Shown here one piece after another: positions 17,910 through 26,757 of a stretch of DNA of 38,010 nucleotides. The notes below the pieces were generated by a model. That model was not told where the DNA came from, searched no databases, and saw nothing but the letters and a program-made list of their open reading frames with translations. The position numbers and the translations under genes were made by a program. This stretch comes from a virus (taxonomy: Duplodnaviria; Caudoviricetes): positions 1 through 38,010 of IMG/VR virus record IMGVR_UViG_3300037565_000020; one strand, written 5' to 3'. Every line of letters starts with the position of its first letter. The first letter of the stretch is position 1.

Positions 17910-18644
17910 TCACGACTGAGAGGGAATCTCGGGTTTCTTTTCAACGACCGGCGCCCGGATCTTGTCGACTTTCCTCGCGAGCTTCATTCCCTGAATCGCC
18001 CGCATTTTGTCGGTGTTCGCGTCGAGCGCCGCGGCGAACGCCGGGTCGGTCCGTTTGATCTCATCTGTCGCATAGATCAGCGTGTTTCGCTCATTGCGCA
18101 TGTCATAGAGTTTCTTTCCGAGGACCGGCGCCAGACCGGCGAGCCCGATCGCGATCGCATTGAACGGGGGAGGCAACAGGGGGGCGATCGTTCGAACACC
18201 CTCGCCGATGACGGCCCCATCGACGCCGCCCGCGTTCGTCCAGTCGGTGGGCATGTTCTCGATGAGGTCAGTAAATCGCGTGATGCTCGAGCTCGCGCTA
18301 TCCGCGATTCCCTGAGCTTTGTCTCTCCATTCGACGAGACGATCTCGAGCGTCGAGGAGATCTCGCTGCTCGGACGACCCGGGCTGTGACATGCCGATCG
18401 CGTCGTTCAGCTCGGCGATCTGCGCTGTCAGCGTGTCGACGAACCCGGTGTATTCGGTGTTGACGGACTGAGCGAGCTCGAGCTTTGATCGATACCAGTC
18501 GATCGCTTCGTCTCGGTCGACGACCCCGTCCTGATTCGTATCGCGCTGATCGAGGACCGCGCAGCCGGTTAGCGTGGTGGTGGCGAGGACCGCGGCGACG
18601 ATCAGGATCACGAGGCGGATGAAGTGTGCAGCGTCGTTTCTCAT
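17910..18644 (-). CDS. Predicted lipoprotein with an EF-hand-like loop, coiled coil and internal hydrophobic segment (244 aa)
   Basis: GGAGA RBS upstream of the ATG at 18644. Hydrophobic signal ends in lipobox LTGC; DTNQDGVVDRDE EF-hand-like loop; hydrophobic stretch IAPLLPPPFNAIAIGLAGLAPVLG. It is the only convincing minus-strand gene. Confidence 0.75.
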   Translation of the reverse strand: MRNDAAHFIRLVILIVAAVLATTTLTGCAVLDQRDTNQDGVVDRDEAIDWYRSKLELAQSVNTEYTGFVDTLTAQIAELNDAIGMSQPGSSEQRDLLDARDRLVEWRDKAQGIADSASSSITRFTDLIENMPTDWTNAGGVDGAVIGEGVRTIAPLLPPPFNAIAIGLAGLAPVLGKKLYDMRNERNTLIYATDEIKRTDPAFAAALDANTDKMRAIQGMKLARKVDKIRAPVVEKKPEIPSQS

Positions 18645-18686
18645 TTGAGTGTTCTCCATGCCGGGCGGACATCGCCGGGCGTATGT

Positions 18687-18780
18687 GGACAAGTCTACAC
18701 GATTCAGGGCGTTCAGGTCACTATACCGATTATTTTGGTATACCTGTTTGACAAGTATACCCGATAGCGTAGTATACCGA
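18687..18780. promoter_or_regulatory. Divergent control region: sigma70-like rightward promoter overlapped by an operator-like repeat array
   Basis: TTGACA (18748-18753), a 16-nt spacer, then TAGTAT (18770-18775). (G/C)TATACC copies start at 18721, 18738, 18755 and 18772. The region is AT-rich relative to the genome. Confidence 0.75.
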
Positions 18781-18832
18781 CACACTGACCCCGCGGGCAT
18801 ACACACGCCCGCAACAACAACGGAGATCGAAA

Positions 18833-19153
18833 ATGCAGAGAACAAAGTTCCCAGAGAGTCACGAGTCAGACGCGGCGATCATTGACGAAATGCACGAGCT
18901 GAACGCGAAACTCATCATGAGTTTCAGCGAGGAAGATCGGCCGAAAGATCAGTACAGTCGCAAGCTGCGCTGGAGGTTCCGCTCATGGTTGTTTCAGCTC
19001 GACGGGCGATCGGTGTCTCTGTCTCTACAGGAATCATGGGAGATCCACGACGACGGGTACGAACGGATCGGTAGCGCATGGTTCAGAGAGATCAACGACG
19101 GCAACAGGTCGGGCCTGAAACTGAAAGAGCTGATCGCTTGCGAACCTTTCTGA
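18833..19153 (+). CDS. Hypothetical early protein
   Basis: GGAG RBS; first gene after the promoter; no family recognised. Confidence 0.6.
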   Translation: MQRTKFPESHESDAAIIDEMHELNAKLIMSFSEEDRPKDQYSRKLRWRFRSWLFQLDGRSVSLSLQESWEIHDDGYERIGSAWFREINDGNRSGLKLKELIACEPF

Positions 19154-19175
19154 TCCCCTGATCCTACACATTCGC

Positions 19176-19201
19176 CCGACGGTCGAGAGATCGGCCGTCG
19201 G
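19176..19201 (+). other. GAGA-tetraloop stem-loop in the intergenic gap
   Basis: CCGACGGTCGA-GAGA-TCGGCCGTCGG, an 11-bp stem with no U tract. Confidence 0.5.
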
Positions 19202-19248
19202 CGCCTTGCACATGTGGGCGCCGGTCTCGCCCAGAAAGGAATGCAGCG

Positions 19249-19614
19249 ATGTCGACTATCACACAACACACAACGCCCGGCGTCCGAGATCTCGATCTCG
19301 TGCATGTCAAAGGCGGGATCTATGCGTTCGTCGAGATCTCTAAGTCGGGCGAGGTCACGCCCGTCGTTCGGATCTTTCAGGTCGTCGACCTGTTCTATCG
19401 CGACGCATCGGGCGAAGATCGCAACCTCGAGTCGGTCATGCTCTCGCTCCACAAAGACAGCGAGCTCGGACGCATCGGCGCCGATGTCGTCGAGCTCAAG
19501 ATCAACAGAGACGACGCCGGCGTCGCCGAGGCCCTCGAGGTCGAGCGACTCACCGGGTCCGCACAAGTCATCAACGGGTACACGCTGACCCGGTTCGTGG
19601 AGATCTCATCATGA
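19249..19614 (+). CDS. Hypothetical early protein
   Basis: AAGGA RBS, genome-typical codon usage, ATGA overlap with the next gene. Confidence 0.65.
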   Translation: MSTITQHTTPGVRDLDLVHVKGGIYAFVEISKSGEVTPVVRIFQVVDLFYRDASGEDRNLESVMLSLHKDSELGRIGADVVELKINRDDAGVAEALEVERLTGSAQVINGYTLTRFVEISS

Positions 19615-19910
19615 ACTTCACGATGCGAAAAAACGGCGAGCTCATGGCGACGGTTCATGTCAAGCACCACATAGGTCGCGAGGCATTGATCGACGCCGCG
19701 ATCCGACTGTACGCCGAGGGCGTCGAGAGCCCGACGAAATCACTCATCATCAAACGACTACGGGACAACCTCGAGTATCATGGGTCGTTCGGCGCCGACG
19801 CTGTGGCCGAACTTGCCGAGGATGAAAATGACGAGTTTGTGAAATGGCGAGAGACCGCATCGTGTGCGGTCGACAAGCTATTTCCTGCATTGAAAGGAAC
19901 CAACCGATGA
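19611..19910 (+). CDS. Hypothetical early protein
   Basis: ATGA-coupled on both sides; no family recognised. Confidence 0.65.
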   Translation: MNFTMRKNGELMATVHVKHHIGREALIDAAIRLYAEGVESPTKSLIIKRLRDNLEYHGSFGADAVAELAEDENDEFVKWRETASCAVDKLFPALKGTNR

Positions 19911-20374
19911 CGACAGCAACGACGAAAAAGAAAGCGACCAAGAAAAAAGCATCGAAGAAACAACCCAAGAAATCGACCACACAGTTCACGCTGCAGGCGT
20001 CGAAACGATGTGTCGAGCTCGTCAAGCAACGCACCGACGACACCGCGAAACTTGCCAAGCTCAAGGACAGAAAGAAAGAACTCAGAGGTCAGGTCGCAGA
20101 GAACCGCGCCGAGCTCGAGGCCGTCGTCGAGAGCGAGAAAGCCGAGGGGCGGGGCATCGGCAACAAGGCGTTCGAAGCCAAAGCGTCAAAGATGATCGTC
20201 TCGATTCAGGGCGACATCGACAAAGACGAAAAAAAGATCCTGAACCTCGAGTCGCAGATTCGAGATCTCCATGAGAAGATTAACGACGCGCAAGCTGAAC
20301 TCGACAACACGATCGCCGGGCAGGACCCGACCGGAACACTGTTCGAGAAGCTCGAGAGCGAGCCGGTCAAATGA
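19907..20374 (+). CDS. Lys-rich N-terminal, coiled-coil protein (155 aa)
   Basis: AAGGA RBS and ATGA overlap at 19907; TKKKATKKKASKKQPKK followed by long heptad-like helices. Confidence 0.7.
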   Translation: MTTATTKKKATKKKASKKQPKKSTTQFTLQASKRCVELVKQRTDDTAKLAKLKDRKKELRGQVAENRAELEAVVESEKAEGRGIGNKAFEAKASKMIVSIQGDIDKDEKKILNLESQIRDLHEKINDAQAELDNTIAGQDPTGTLFEKLESEPVK

Positions 20375-20715
20375 ACGACGGCGCCGACACTCAGACCCGG
20401 GGGCTCTGGCGCGTCAGCCGTTCAGTACGAGCGAGAATCCTCGCCGGATACATGCTGTTCAGCTACCTGTTCACATACGCCGCGATGATCGCGTTCGCGA
20501 TCTTCATGCGGGAAGCGTCAGCGAACAGGAATCACGACGACCCGTTCATTCATGCGATCTCGTGGGTCATGGTCCCCGTTGTGTGGACCGCATCGATCCC
20601 GGTGGTCGTGCTCAGCATCTCAACACTTCGAACCATCATCAAACCGAACAGGACATTCGACCATGAAAGAAGATCCCGCCCTGATCGCACACGCGATCAC
20701 GACACGACTGAATGA
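20371..20715 (+). CDS. Two-TM membrane protein
   Basis: ATGA-coupled; two hydrophobic segments (ILAGYMLFSYLFTYAAMIAFAIFM and AISWVMVPVVWTASIPVVVLSI). Confidence 0.55.
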   Translation: MNDGADTQTRGLWRVSRSVRARILAGYMLFSYLFTYAAMIAFAIFMREASANRNHDDPFIHAISWVMVPVVWTASIPVVVLSISTLRTIIKPNRTFDHERRSRPDRTRDHDTTE

Positions 20716-20917
20716 GCTCGACGCGCCGTCGCCGTACGCGGTCGCGAACGAATCCGAGATCTCGCCCGACACGGTGTACGGTCTGCGACGGGGCAGCGGC
20801 GCCCGCATCGACGCGATTAACAATGTGCTCGTGTCCCTCGACCTCGTCATCGTTCCTCGGAGCTGCACGACGAAACGAGCGATCGAGCTCGGGTATATCG
20901 ACAAGAAAGAGAGCTGA
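20663..20917 (+). CDS. Helix-turn-helix (XRE/Cro-like) transcription regulator (84 aa)
   Basis: SPYAVANESEISPDTVYGLRRG...RIDAINNVLVSL has an XRE HTH pattern; AGGA RBS upstream of the ATG at 20663. Confidence 0.65.
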   Translation: MKEDPALIAHAITTRLNELDAPSPYAVANESEISPDTVYGLRRGSGARIDAINNVLVSLDLVIVPRSCTTKRAIELGYIDKKES

Positions 20918-20919
20918 TA

Positions 20920-22629
20920 ATGCTGACGATCGACTCAGGGCGGATCATCGCCCGCACCCCATACGAGGCGAAAGACCTTGTCAAGTCTGTCCCAGCGGGA
21001 CGGTGGGCAAAGTCAGACAAGGTCTGGAAGTTCCCCGCGACGCCGTACTGCGCGAAACAGCTCGTGTCAAAGCTCTCGCAATGGGGAGTCGGCGACGATG
21101 TCGCCGAGCTCGCGTCCCGGTGGATCTCGGTCGACGACATCATCGCCCGGATCAACAGCGGCGAACAGGTCGAGGTCTCGGACCTCATGCGTTTCAATCC
21201 CCGCTCAAATCAGATCGTCGGCGCGATGATGTCCCGACTCATGCAGGGGTTCATCCTCGGGTGGGGCATGGGGTCAGGAAAGACATACGGGACGCTCTCG
21301 TGCATCGCCGACGAAGTCGACAAGTACCTCGAGGGCGGTCGTCAGGGTGACATACCGATGTTCTTTATCAGCGCCCCAGCGACAGTCGTTCAGGGCGTGT
21401 GGCCCGGCGAGATTCAAAAGCATCTTGTCGACTGGCGTGACTACCTCGTTGTGTCAGCGCTCCCCAAAGGCGCGAGCACGGCGCAGCGACTCAAGGACGC
21501 GACCCGAAAACAGTCATGGGCAGAGCGAGAGCGTAAAGCGTTCCTGTTCGTCTGTGGGCATGAGGCATCATGGAGAGAGACGATCTCGGGGTTCATCAAA
21601 TACTATGAATGGACGGTCGCCGCGATCGATGAGATCCACAGAGTCGAGACCCCGGGCGCCAAGATCACCCGATGGGTCGACACGGTGCTCGCGCCCCGAG
21701 CTCGGCGCCGGATCGGTCTGACCGGGACGCTGTTCAGGCGTGACGAGCTCGACGCATTCTGTCCGGTAAGGTTCGTCGAGCCCGGGATCTTCGGGAACAG
21801 CGCCGCAAAGTTCCGAGACGAACACGCGCTGATCGATCATTTCGGTCGCCCGATCGGACCAAAGAACGCCGAGAAACTGCGCGAGCAGATCGGTCTCGTC
21901 ACTCACTTTGTTCGGACGCGCGATGTCGTCGACCTGCCCCCGTTCAGCGAGGTCATCCGTCGCGTCGAGCTCACCAAAGAGGGACGCAAGGCATACGACC
22001 AAATGGAGAATAGCAGCGTCCTCGAGGTCGCCGAGGGAACGCTCACAGCGAGCAACGGTCTCGCGAAGCTGCTCAGACTTCAACAGATCACGAGCGGATA
22101 TCTCAAAGTCGAGACGGCGGACGGTTCAGAGCGTGGTGTCGAGGTCGATGACGCAAAGCGGAAAGACCTCGAGGACTTCATTGAGTCGATGCCGATCGAT
22201 GAGCCCCTCGTCGTGTTCACTGTGTTCAAATCCGATGTTCGCGATGCTCGATCGGCGTGCATGAATCAGGGTCGATCCTGTTTCGAGCTCTCGGGTGATG
22301 CCGACGAGCTGCAGCTCTGGCAGAAAGACGACTCGCCGAGCGTCATCATCGCGAACATTCAGTCGGCGGGTGTGGGCGTGGACCTGACTCGCGCATGCTA
22401 CGGGTATTTCTACTCGTGTGGATTCTCTCACCCGAACTACGATCAGGCGTGTCGACGACTCGACCGACCGGGTCAGACGCGACCCGTCACGATCTATCGT
22501 GCGATCGCGAACAACACTGTAGACGAGGCCGTCGCCGCATCCCTCGAGGCGAAAGGCAACACGATCGGAGCTGCGATCGATTATTTGCGAGGGAAGTACG
22601 AAACTCTCACAACGGAGATTTACGAATGA
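20920..22629 (+). CDS. SNF2-family (SF2) helicase/ATPase
   Basis: GMGSGKT Walker A, IDEIH, LTGT, LLRLQQITSG, GVGVDL and QACRRLDRPGQTRPVTIY motifs. Confidence 0.92.
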   Translation: MLTIDSGRIIARTPYEAKDLVKSVPAGRWAKSDKVWKFPATPYCAKQLVSKLSQWGVGDDVAELASRWISVDDIIARINSGEQVEVSDLMRFNPRSNQIVGAMMSRLMQGFILGWGMGSGKTYGTLSCIADEVDKYLEGGRQGDIPMFFISAPATVVQGVWPGEIQKHLVDWRDYLVVSALPKGASTAQRLKDATRKQSWAERERKAFLFVCGHEASWRETISGFIKYYEWTVAAIDEIHRVETPGAKITRWVDTVLAPRARRRIGLTGTLFRRDELDAFCPVRFVEPGIFGNSAAKFRDEHALIDHFGRPIGPKNAEKLREQIGLVTHFVRTRDVVDLPPFSEVIRRVELTKEGRKAYDQMENSSVLEVAEGTLTASNGLAKLLRLQQITSGYLKVETADGSERGVEVDDAKRKDLEDFIESMPIDEPLVVFTVFKSDVRDARSACMNQGRSCFELSGDADELQLWQKDDSPSVIIANIQSAGVGVDLTRACYGYFYSCGFSHPNYDQACRRLDRPGQTRPVTIYRAIANNTVDEAVAASLEAKGNTIGAAIDYLRGKYETLTTEIYE

Positions 22630-23321
22630 ACGACACACCGAACCCAGAGCAGGGACCCACAGAACAAGAATCGCGGATCGACGAGCTCGCCCAGCTCATC
22701 GCGAACCTCGCCCATGTGGGCGCCGTCGTCCGCAATGGGCGAGAGAACATCGCTGACACGGGTGATGTTCCTATTCCCTCGGAGAGCGAGATCGACGAGG
22801 CCGCGGATCTCAGCGCGTCACTCGTGTACGACATCGCGATCTATGGAAAGATCGCGCTCAAAGAACTCGAGGACATGACGAACATCGTCAAAGCGAGGAC
22901 GAACAAGGCGCTCGCGATCGCGGCCGAGCTCATGAGTGAGGAGGGGACATCGCAGATCGCCCGACATGGTCAACTGCTCTATCTGAGTGAGGACCGCTTT
23001 ATCAAACCGAGGATCTCGGACCTGTTGCCCGAGGGCGTCGACGAGAAAGATCCCCGGTACGCCCAGACCGTCGAGACATGCAAGGCCGCGGCAAAATCTC
23101 GACTGCTCGAGGCGATGAAAAACAGCGAGCTCTCAGACCTCGTCAGCGAGGGGTACAACGCGAACTCGTTTAGGTCTCGCATCGTCGGATCGAATGCAGA
23201 TCTCGACGAGGACGGCGAACCCATCATCCCCGAGGCGATCGCCGACCTGATCGACATCGACTCGGTCTATAAAGCAAAGACTCGGAAGTCGTCGAGCAAG
23301 GCGCCCAAGTCAAAGAAGTAA
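22626..23321 (+). CDS. Hypothetical replication-module protein (231 aa)
   Basis: ATGA overlap at 22626 with a GGAG RBS; acidic body and basic C-terminus; lies between the helicase and the SSB-like gene. Confidence 0.65.
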   Translation: MNDTPNPEQGPTEQESRIDELAQLIANLAHVGAVVRNGRENIADTGDVPIPSESEIDEAADLSASLVYDIAIYGKIALKELEDMTNIVKARTNKALAIAAELMSEEGTSQIARHGQLLYLSEDRFIKPRISDLLPEGVDEKDPRYAQTVETCKAAAKSRLLEAMKNSELSDLVSEGYNANSFRSRIVGSNADLDEDGEPIIPEAIADLIDIDSVYKAKTRKSSSKAPKSKK

Positions 23322-23366
23322 GAACCCACACGCTCACAACAGAGCCGCACGAAAGGAACGCCGACA

Positions 23367-24158
23367 ATGGCAAAGAAAGAAACCGACATCGTCCCGATCA
23401 ATCAATACCAGATCATGAAGTCAGACCCGGCAAAGGTCGGCGAGCTGTTGCTCACGAACCTCGGCGGCGACGACATGAGCGAGTTCGACCTCGAGCGCAT
23501 CAAGTGGCCGTCGGGCGAGATCCCCGCGTTCGCTCGCACGGGCGAGGACGGCAATGTCGACACCGAGAAAGAGATCGTCGGCGTCGTCATCTATCACGGG
23601 AACCGTCGAGCATTCTGGAAAGACAAGTTCGGGGAGGGCGACAAGGGCGCCCCCCAATGCTCGTCGCTCGACGGGAAGTTCGGGACGGGTCATATCCCGG
23701 GCGATGACGAGACCGCGGCGCCGCTCCGTCGCTCGTGTCGGACCTGCCCGATGGGTCAGTTCGGATCAGCGAAGAAAGACGACGGGTCGCATGGCCGCGG
23801 TCAGGCGTGTCAAGCCCGCAAGATGCTGTTCCTCGCGATGCCCGATTCGATCCTTCCCGTCGGTCTCTCGATCCCGCCGACCTCGCTGAAACAGTGGAAG
23901 AAATACGCGATGAGCTGCGCGACCAAAGGTCACGACATTCGCGGCGTCATGACAAAGATCTCGCTCAAGATCGAGCAGAACGCCGACGGCGTGAAACACT
24001 GTGTCGGTCAGTTTGCAATGGTCGGAGAGATCACCGGCGACGAGCTCGAGGGGATTCTCAATATGGCGAACTCGCTGCGCGATGTCTTTGCGTCTGTGGG
24101 CATCGACGGCGACGACGACGGCGTCACGCCGACCGTACACGGCCAGGTCGTCAACTGA
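23367..24158 (+). CDS. Putative single-stranded DNA-binding/annealing protein with a Cys cluster
   Basis: PQCSSLDG...CRTCP..QFGS...GRGQAC...LSIPPTSLK pattern seen in phage replication modules; acidic C-tail (DGDDDG); AAGGA RBS. Confidence 0.6.
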   Translation: MAKKETDIVPINQYQIMKSDPAKVGELLLTNLGGDDMSEFDLERIKWPSGEIPAFARTGEDGNVDTEKEIVGVVIYHGNRRAFWKDKFGEGDKGAPQCSSLDGKFGTGHIPGDDETAAPLRRSCRTCPMGQFGSAKKDDGSHGRGQACQARKMLFLAMPDSILPVGLSIPPTSLKQWKKYAMSCATKGHDIRGVMTKISLKIEQNADGVKHCVGQFAMVGEITGDELEGILNMANSLRDVFASVGIDGDDDGVTPTVHGQVVN

Positions 24159-24173
24159 TTTCGATCTCTCTCG

Positions 24174-24206
24174 TCGGTCGGCGCTTAGCGGCGTCGATCG
24201 ATTTTT
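24174..24206 (+). terminator. Intrinsic terminator after the SSB-like gene
   Basis: TCGGTCGGCGC-ttagcg-GCGTCGATCGA followed by TTTTT. Confidence 0.7.
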
Positions 24207-24227
24207 CTACAACGGAGCACGACCCAC

Positions 24228-24542
24228 ATGATCCGAATCGATCTCGATCAACCCGTACCCCTCGAGCTGCGCGACTCACTCAGAGAGTTCCTCGCAGCGA
24301 GCGAGATCGCGTTCTCGCTGCTCACCTACCCGAGCGACGAGGTCGACTCGACCTATATCAACGACTCGTCGAGCGAGGCGCAAATGCGGGTCAGGCGAGA
24401 GTTCGTCCCCCTGACCCGGGGTCGCATGACTTGGGGCGACATGCTCTCGTGTATGGCAATGACAAACAAACGACTCGGCGTCGTGCTCACCCGCACACTC
24501 GAGCTCGACATTCATGATGATTCCGAGGACTCTGAGACATGA
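24228..24542 (+). CDS. Hypothetical protein
   Basis: GGAG RBS; ATGA-coupled to the primase gene. Confidence 0.6.
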   Translation: MIRIDLDQPVPLELRDSLREFLAASEIAFSLLTYPSDEVDSTYINDSSSEAQMRVRREFVPLTRGRMTWGDMLSCMAMTNKRLGVVLTRTLELDIHDDSEDSET

Positions 24543-26302
24543 CATCGATAAGCGACAGGGACGCCGCGCGCCGATTGTTGAACGCTCTGTATGAACTCGC
24601 CGTCGAGGACGGTCTGTTTTTCCACCTGTGTTCGCGGTCGAACTTCACCGGGGAATGGTTCAACGACATATCGGAGGGGCTCGATTGGGCGATGAAACGA
24701 TGTTCGCGCGAATGTGTGTGGGTCAATGTCGGTCTCAGGAACGAACCCCCCGCGGGCGATCACGAACGCGGGTCGATGAAAGACTGTGCGGGCATCACTT
24801 CCATGTGGGCGGACATCGATGTCAGTCACGATGTTCACGCAAAGTCTGACAAGCTGCCCCCGGACTACGAATCGGCGCTTGCTCTCGTGAATGGATCGTT
24901 CGGGTCGGTCAAGCCGTCGGCGATCATCGACTCAGGGCACGGTCTACAGGCGTGGTGGTTCCTCGACGAGCCGTGGATCTTCGACAGCGACGAGGACCGT
25001 CAGAGGGCGTACCAGCTCTCTCAGCGGTTCTCGGCGACCCTCAAGCTCTCGGCGATGGAAAAGGGGTGGACGGTCGACAGCGTGTTCGACCTCGTGCGGG
25101 TGCTCAGACTCCCCGGGACGGCGAATCGCAAGGTCAAGGGCGACCCCAAGCCCGTCAAGATCCTCCAGATCGACGAGGGGCGGTCGTGGTCCATAGACGA
25201 CATCGAGGGCGTCGTCGTCGCTCAGGAGTTCATGCCAGCGTCGTACGGGGGTCCACAGGCCGTCGAGAGCGTCTCTCGCCTCGTGCTCGAGCGGGGCGCC
25301 CAGCCGTCCCTCGAGCTGTTCTCGGCGCTCTCAGCGAATGTCGACGAGTTCCGGGCGTCGTGGGAGAATAAGCGGCCCGACTTTGCGGATCAGTCGCCGA
25401 GCTCGTATGACATGTCCCTCGCGACCTACGCCGCCCAAGCTGGGTGGTCCGATCAGGACATCGCGAACCTGCTCATCGCGCACCGAGAGAAGCGGGGGCA
25501 CGACCTGAAAACCACACGCCGGGGAGATCTCCGACAGGACTACTACCAGCGCACGATCGCGCGAGCTCGAGAGGGCATCGGATCGCAGGCGACGACATCG
25601 AATCTGAACAAGGGTGTCAGTGTGGCGCCGACGGCCGCGGGCGCCGCGGTCAGTGATGTCGAGCGGGCGAGGATCTTGAAAGACGCGAGCTATGTGTTCG
25701 GCGTTCCGATCAGCCGGTTCGTTCAGTACGGCGAGGGCGAGGACGCGAGCTATATTCTCGAGCTCGCGACCGGCGAGAGTGTCACGATCGGATCAGCTCA
25801 ATCGCTGCAGTCACCCAAGACATGGGCGACAAAGCTGTTCCCGATCTCGCGCAAACTATTCGAGCCGCTCAAGGCGAAAGGATGGGTCACGCTCATCAAC
25901 TCGCTCGGTCTGATCGTCGACATCGAAGAAAACCCAGAGAGCTCGAGGATGGAACAGGTTATAGACCTGCTCTCGGCGTACCTCCAATCGACGATGATGA
26001 CGCGCGAGGAAGAGCGCGACATCGCGGTCAAGGGGTCGCAGCCGTTCGTTCAGGATGGGCGACTGTGGATCAGCCGTGTCGGTTTCGAGTCGTGGGTCAA
26101 GGCGGGGCAGGTTCAAAAGGTCGTCGTCGACGATGTCTGGGCGGCGCTCCGAGCAATGAAGTTCACGAGCTCGGCGATCTCGGCGTCGGTGTCGGGGCGC
26201 CGGTACTCTCGCCGGTATTGGTCGTCGCCGATCGATCAATGCGGAGAGTATCTCGGTCTGCAGGTTTCAAAGAGCACGACACCCGCGGGGGCGGACACAT
26301 GA
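24539..26302 (+). CDS. Archaeo-eukaryotic primase superfamily, RepB'-type primase (prim-pol) with helical-bundle domain
   Basis: WADID (motif I), DSGHGLQAWW (motif II), D..RVLRLPGTANRK (motif III), and SPSSYDMSLA helical bundle. No Walker A in the C-terminal half. Confidence 0.85.
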   Translation: MTSISDRDAARRLLNALYELAVEDGLFFHLCSRSNFTGEWFNDISEGLDWAMKRCSRECVWVNVGLRNEPPAGDHERGSMKDCAGITSMWADIDVSHDVHAKSDKLPPDYESALALVNGSFGSVKPSAIIDSGHGLQAWWFLDEPWIFDSDEDRQRAYQLSQRFSATLKLSAMEKGWTVDSVFDLVRVLRLPGTANRKVKGDPKPVKILQIDEGRSWSIDDIEGVVVAQEFMPASYGGPQAVESVSRLVLERGAQPSLELFSALSANVDEFRASWENKRPDFADQSPSSYDMSLATYAAQAGWSDQDIANLLIAHREKRGHDLKTTRRGDLRQDYYQRTIARAREGIGSQATTSNLNKGVSVAPTAAGAAVSDVERARILKDASYVFGVPISRFVQYGEGEDASYILELATGESVTIGSAQSLQSPKTWATKLFPISRKLFEPLKAKGWVTLINSLGLIVDIEENPESSRMEQVIDLLSAYLQSTMMTREEERDIAVKGSQPFVQDGRLWISRVGFESWVKAGQVQKVVVDDVWAALRAMKFTSSAISASVSGRRYSRRYWSSPIDQCGEYLGLQVSKSTTPAGADT

Positions 26303-26757
26303 ACACGCTCGTCTATAACCTGAGCAAGTTTGAACACGAGTGCAGCCCGGCCGGTGCTGAGTGCGTGTTCATCACACACGCGATGCGCGTCGGCGAGTAC
26401 TGGTTCGGTATCAAGGTCTACCCTCGAGCTCGCGATCGGGACGCGGCGTATCGAATGCAAAAGAAGTTTGCGGGCGAGGGGCTCGCCCCCCCGTGTGGGT
26501 CACATGTCCTCGTCATGCGCCATCGCGGCCGCGGGAAAAAACCTGTGAGAGAACACGGGTATCTGACCGGAATGTGTGAGCGGATACGAGACGGGCACGA
26601 CATCACATGGGAACTCCGGCACCTCGAGCGAAAGCTCGAGCAGGCAGGGCTCGAGATCCACGACCTGAGCTCGTCGAATGTCGGCTATTGGAAAGGTTCG
26701 CTCGTGTGCATCGATTTCGGCGAGATCTCCGAGAAAGGGTCAGGGTATACGCAATGA
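26299..26757 (+). CDS. Minimal protein-kinase-like fold protein (152 aa)
   Basis: AGAE loop, GIKVY (VAIK lysine), GLAP, HDLSSSNVG catalytic loop and IDFG, in kinase order; ATGA overlaps on both sides. Confidence 0.7.
   Translation: MNTLVYNLSKFEHECSPAGAECVFITHAMRVGEYWFGIKVYPRARDRDAAYRMQKKFAGEGLAPPCGSHVLVMRHRGRGKKPVREHGYLTGMCERIRDGHDITWELRHLERKLEQAGLEIHDLSSSNVGYWKGSLVCIDFGEISEKGSGYTQ

Noticed and set aside
18721-18780. Periodic repeats here and at 27605-27845 as a mini-CRISPR array
   Set aside because: Repeat units are 7-9 bp with very short spacers, and there are no cas genes.
18645-18845. N-terminal extension of the lipoprotein ORF given in the track (start 18845)
   Set aside because: It runs through the promoter/operator region; the RBS and signal peptide point to the ATG at 18644.
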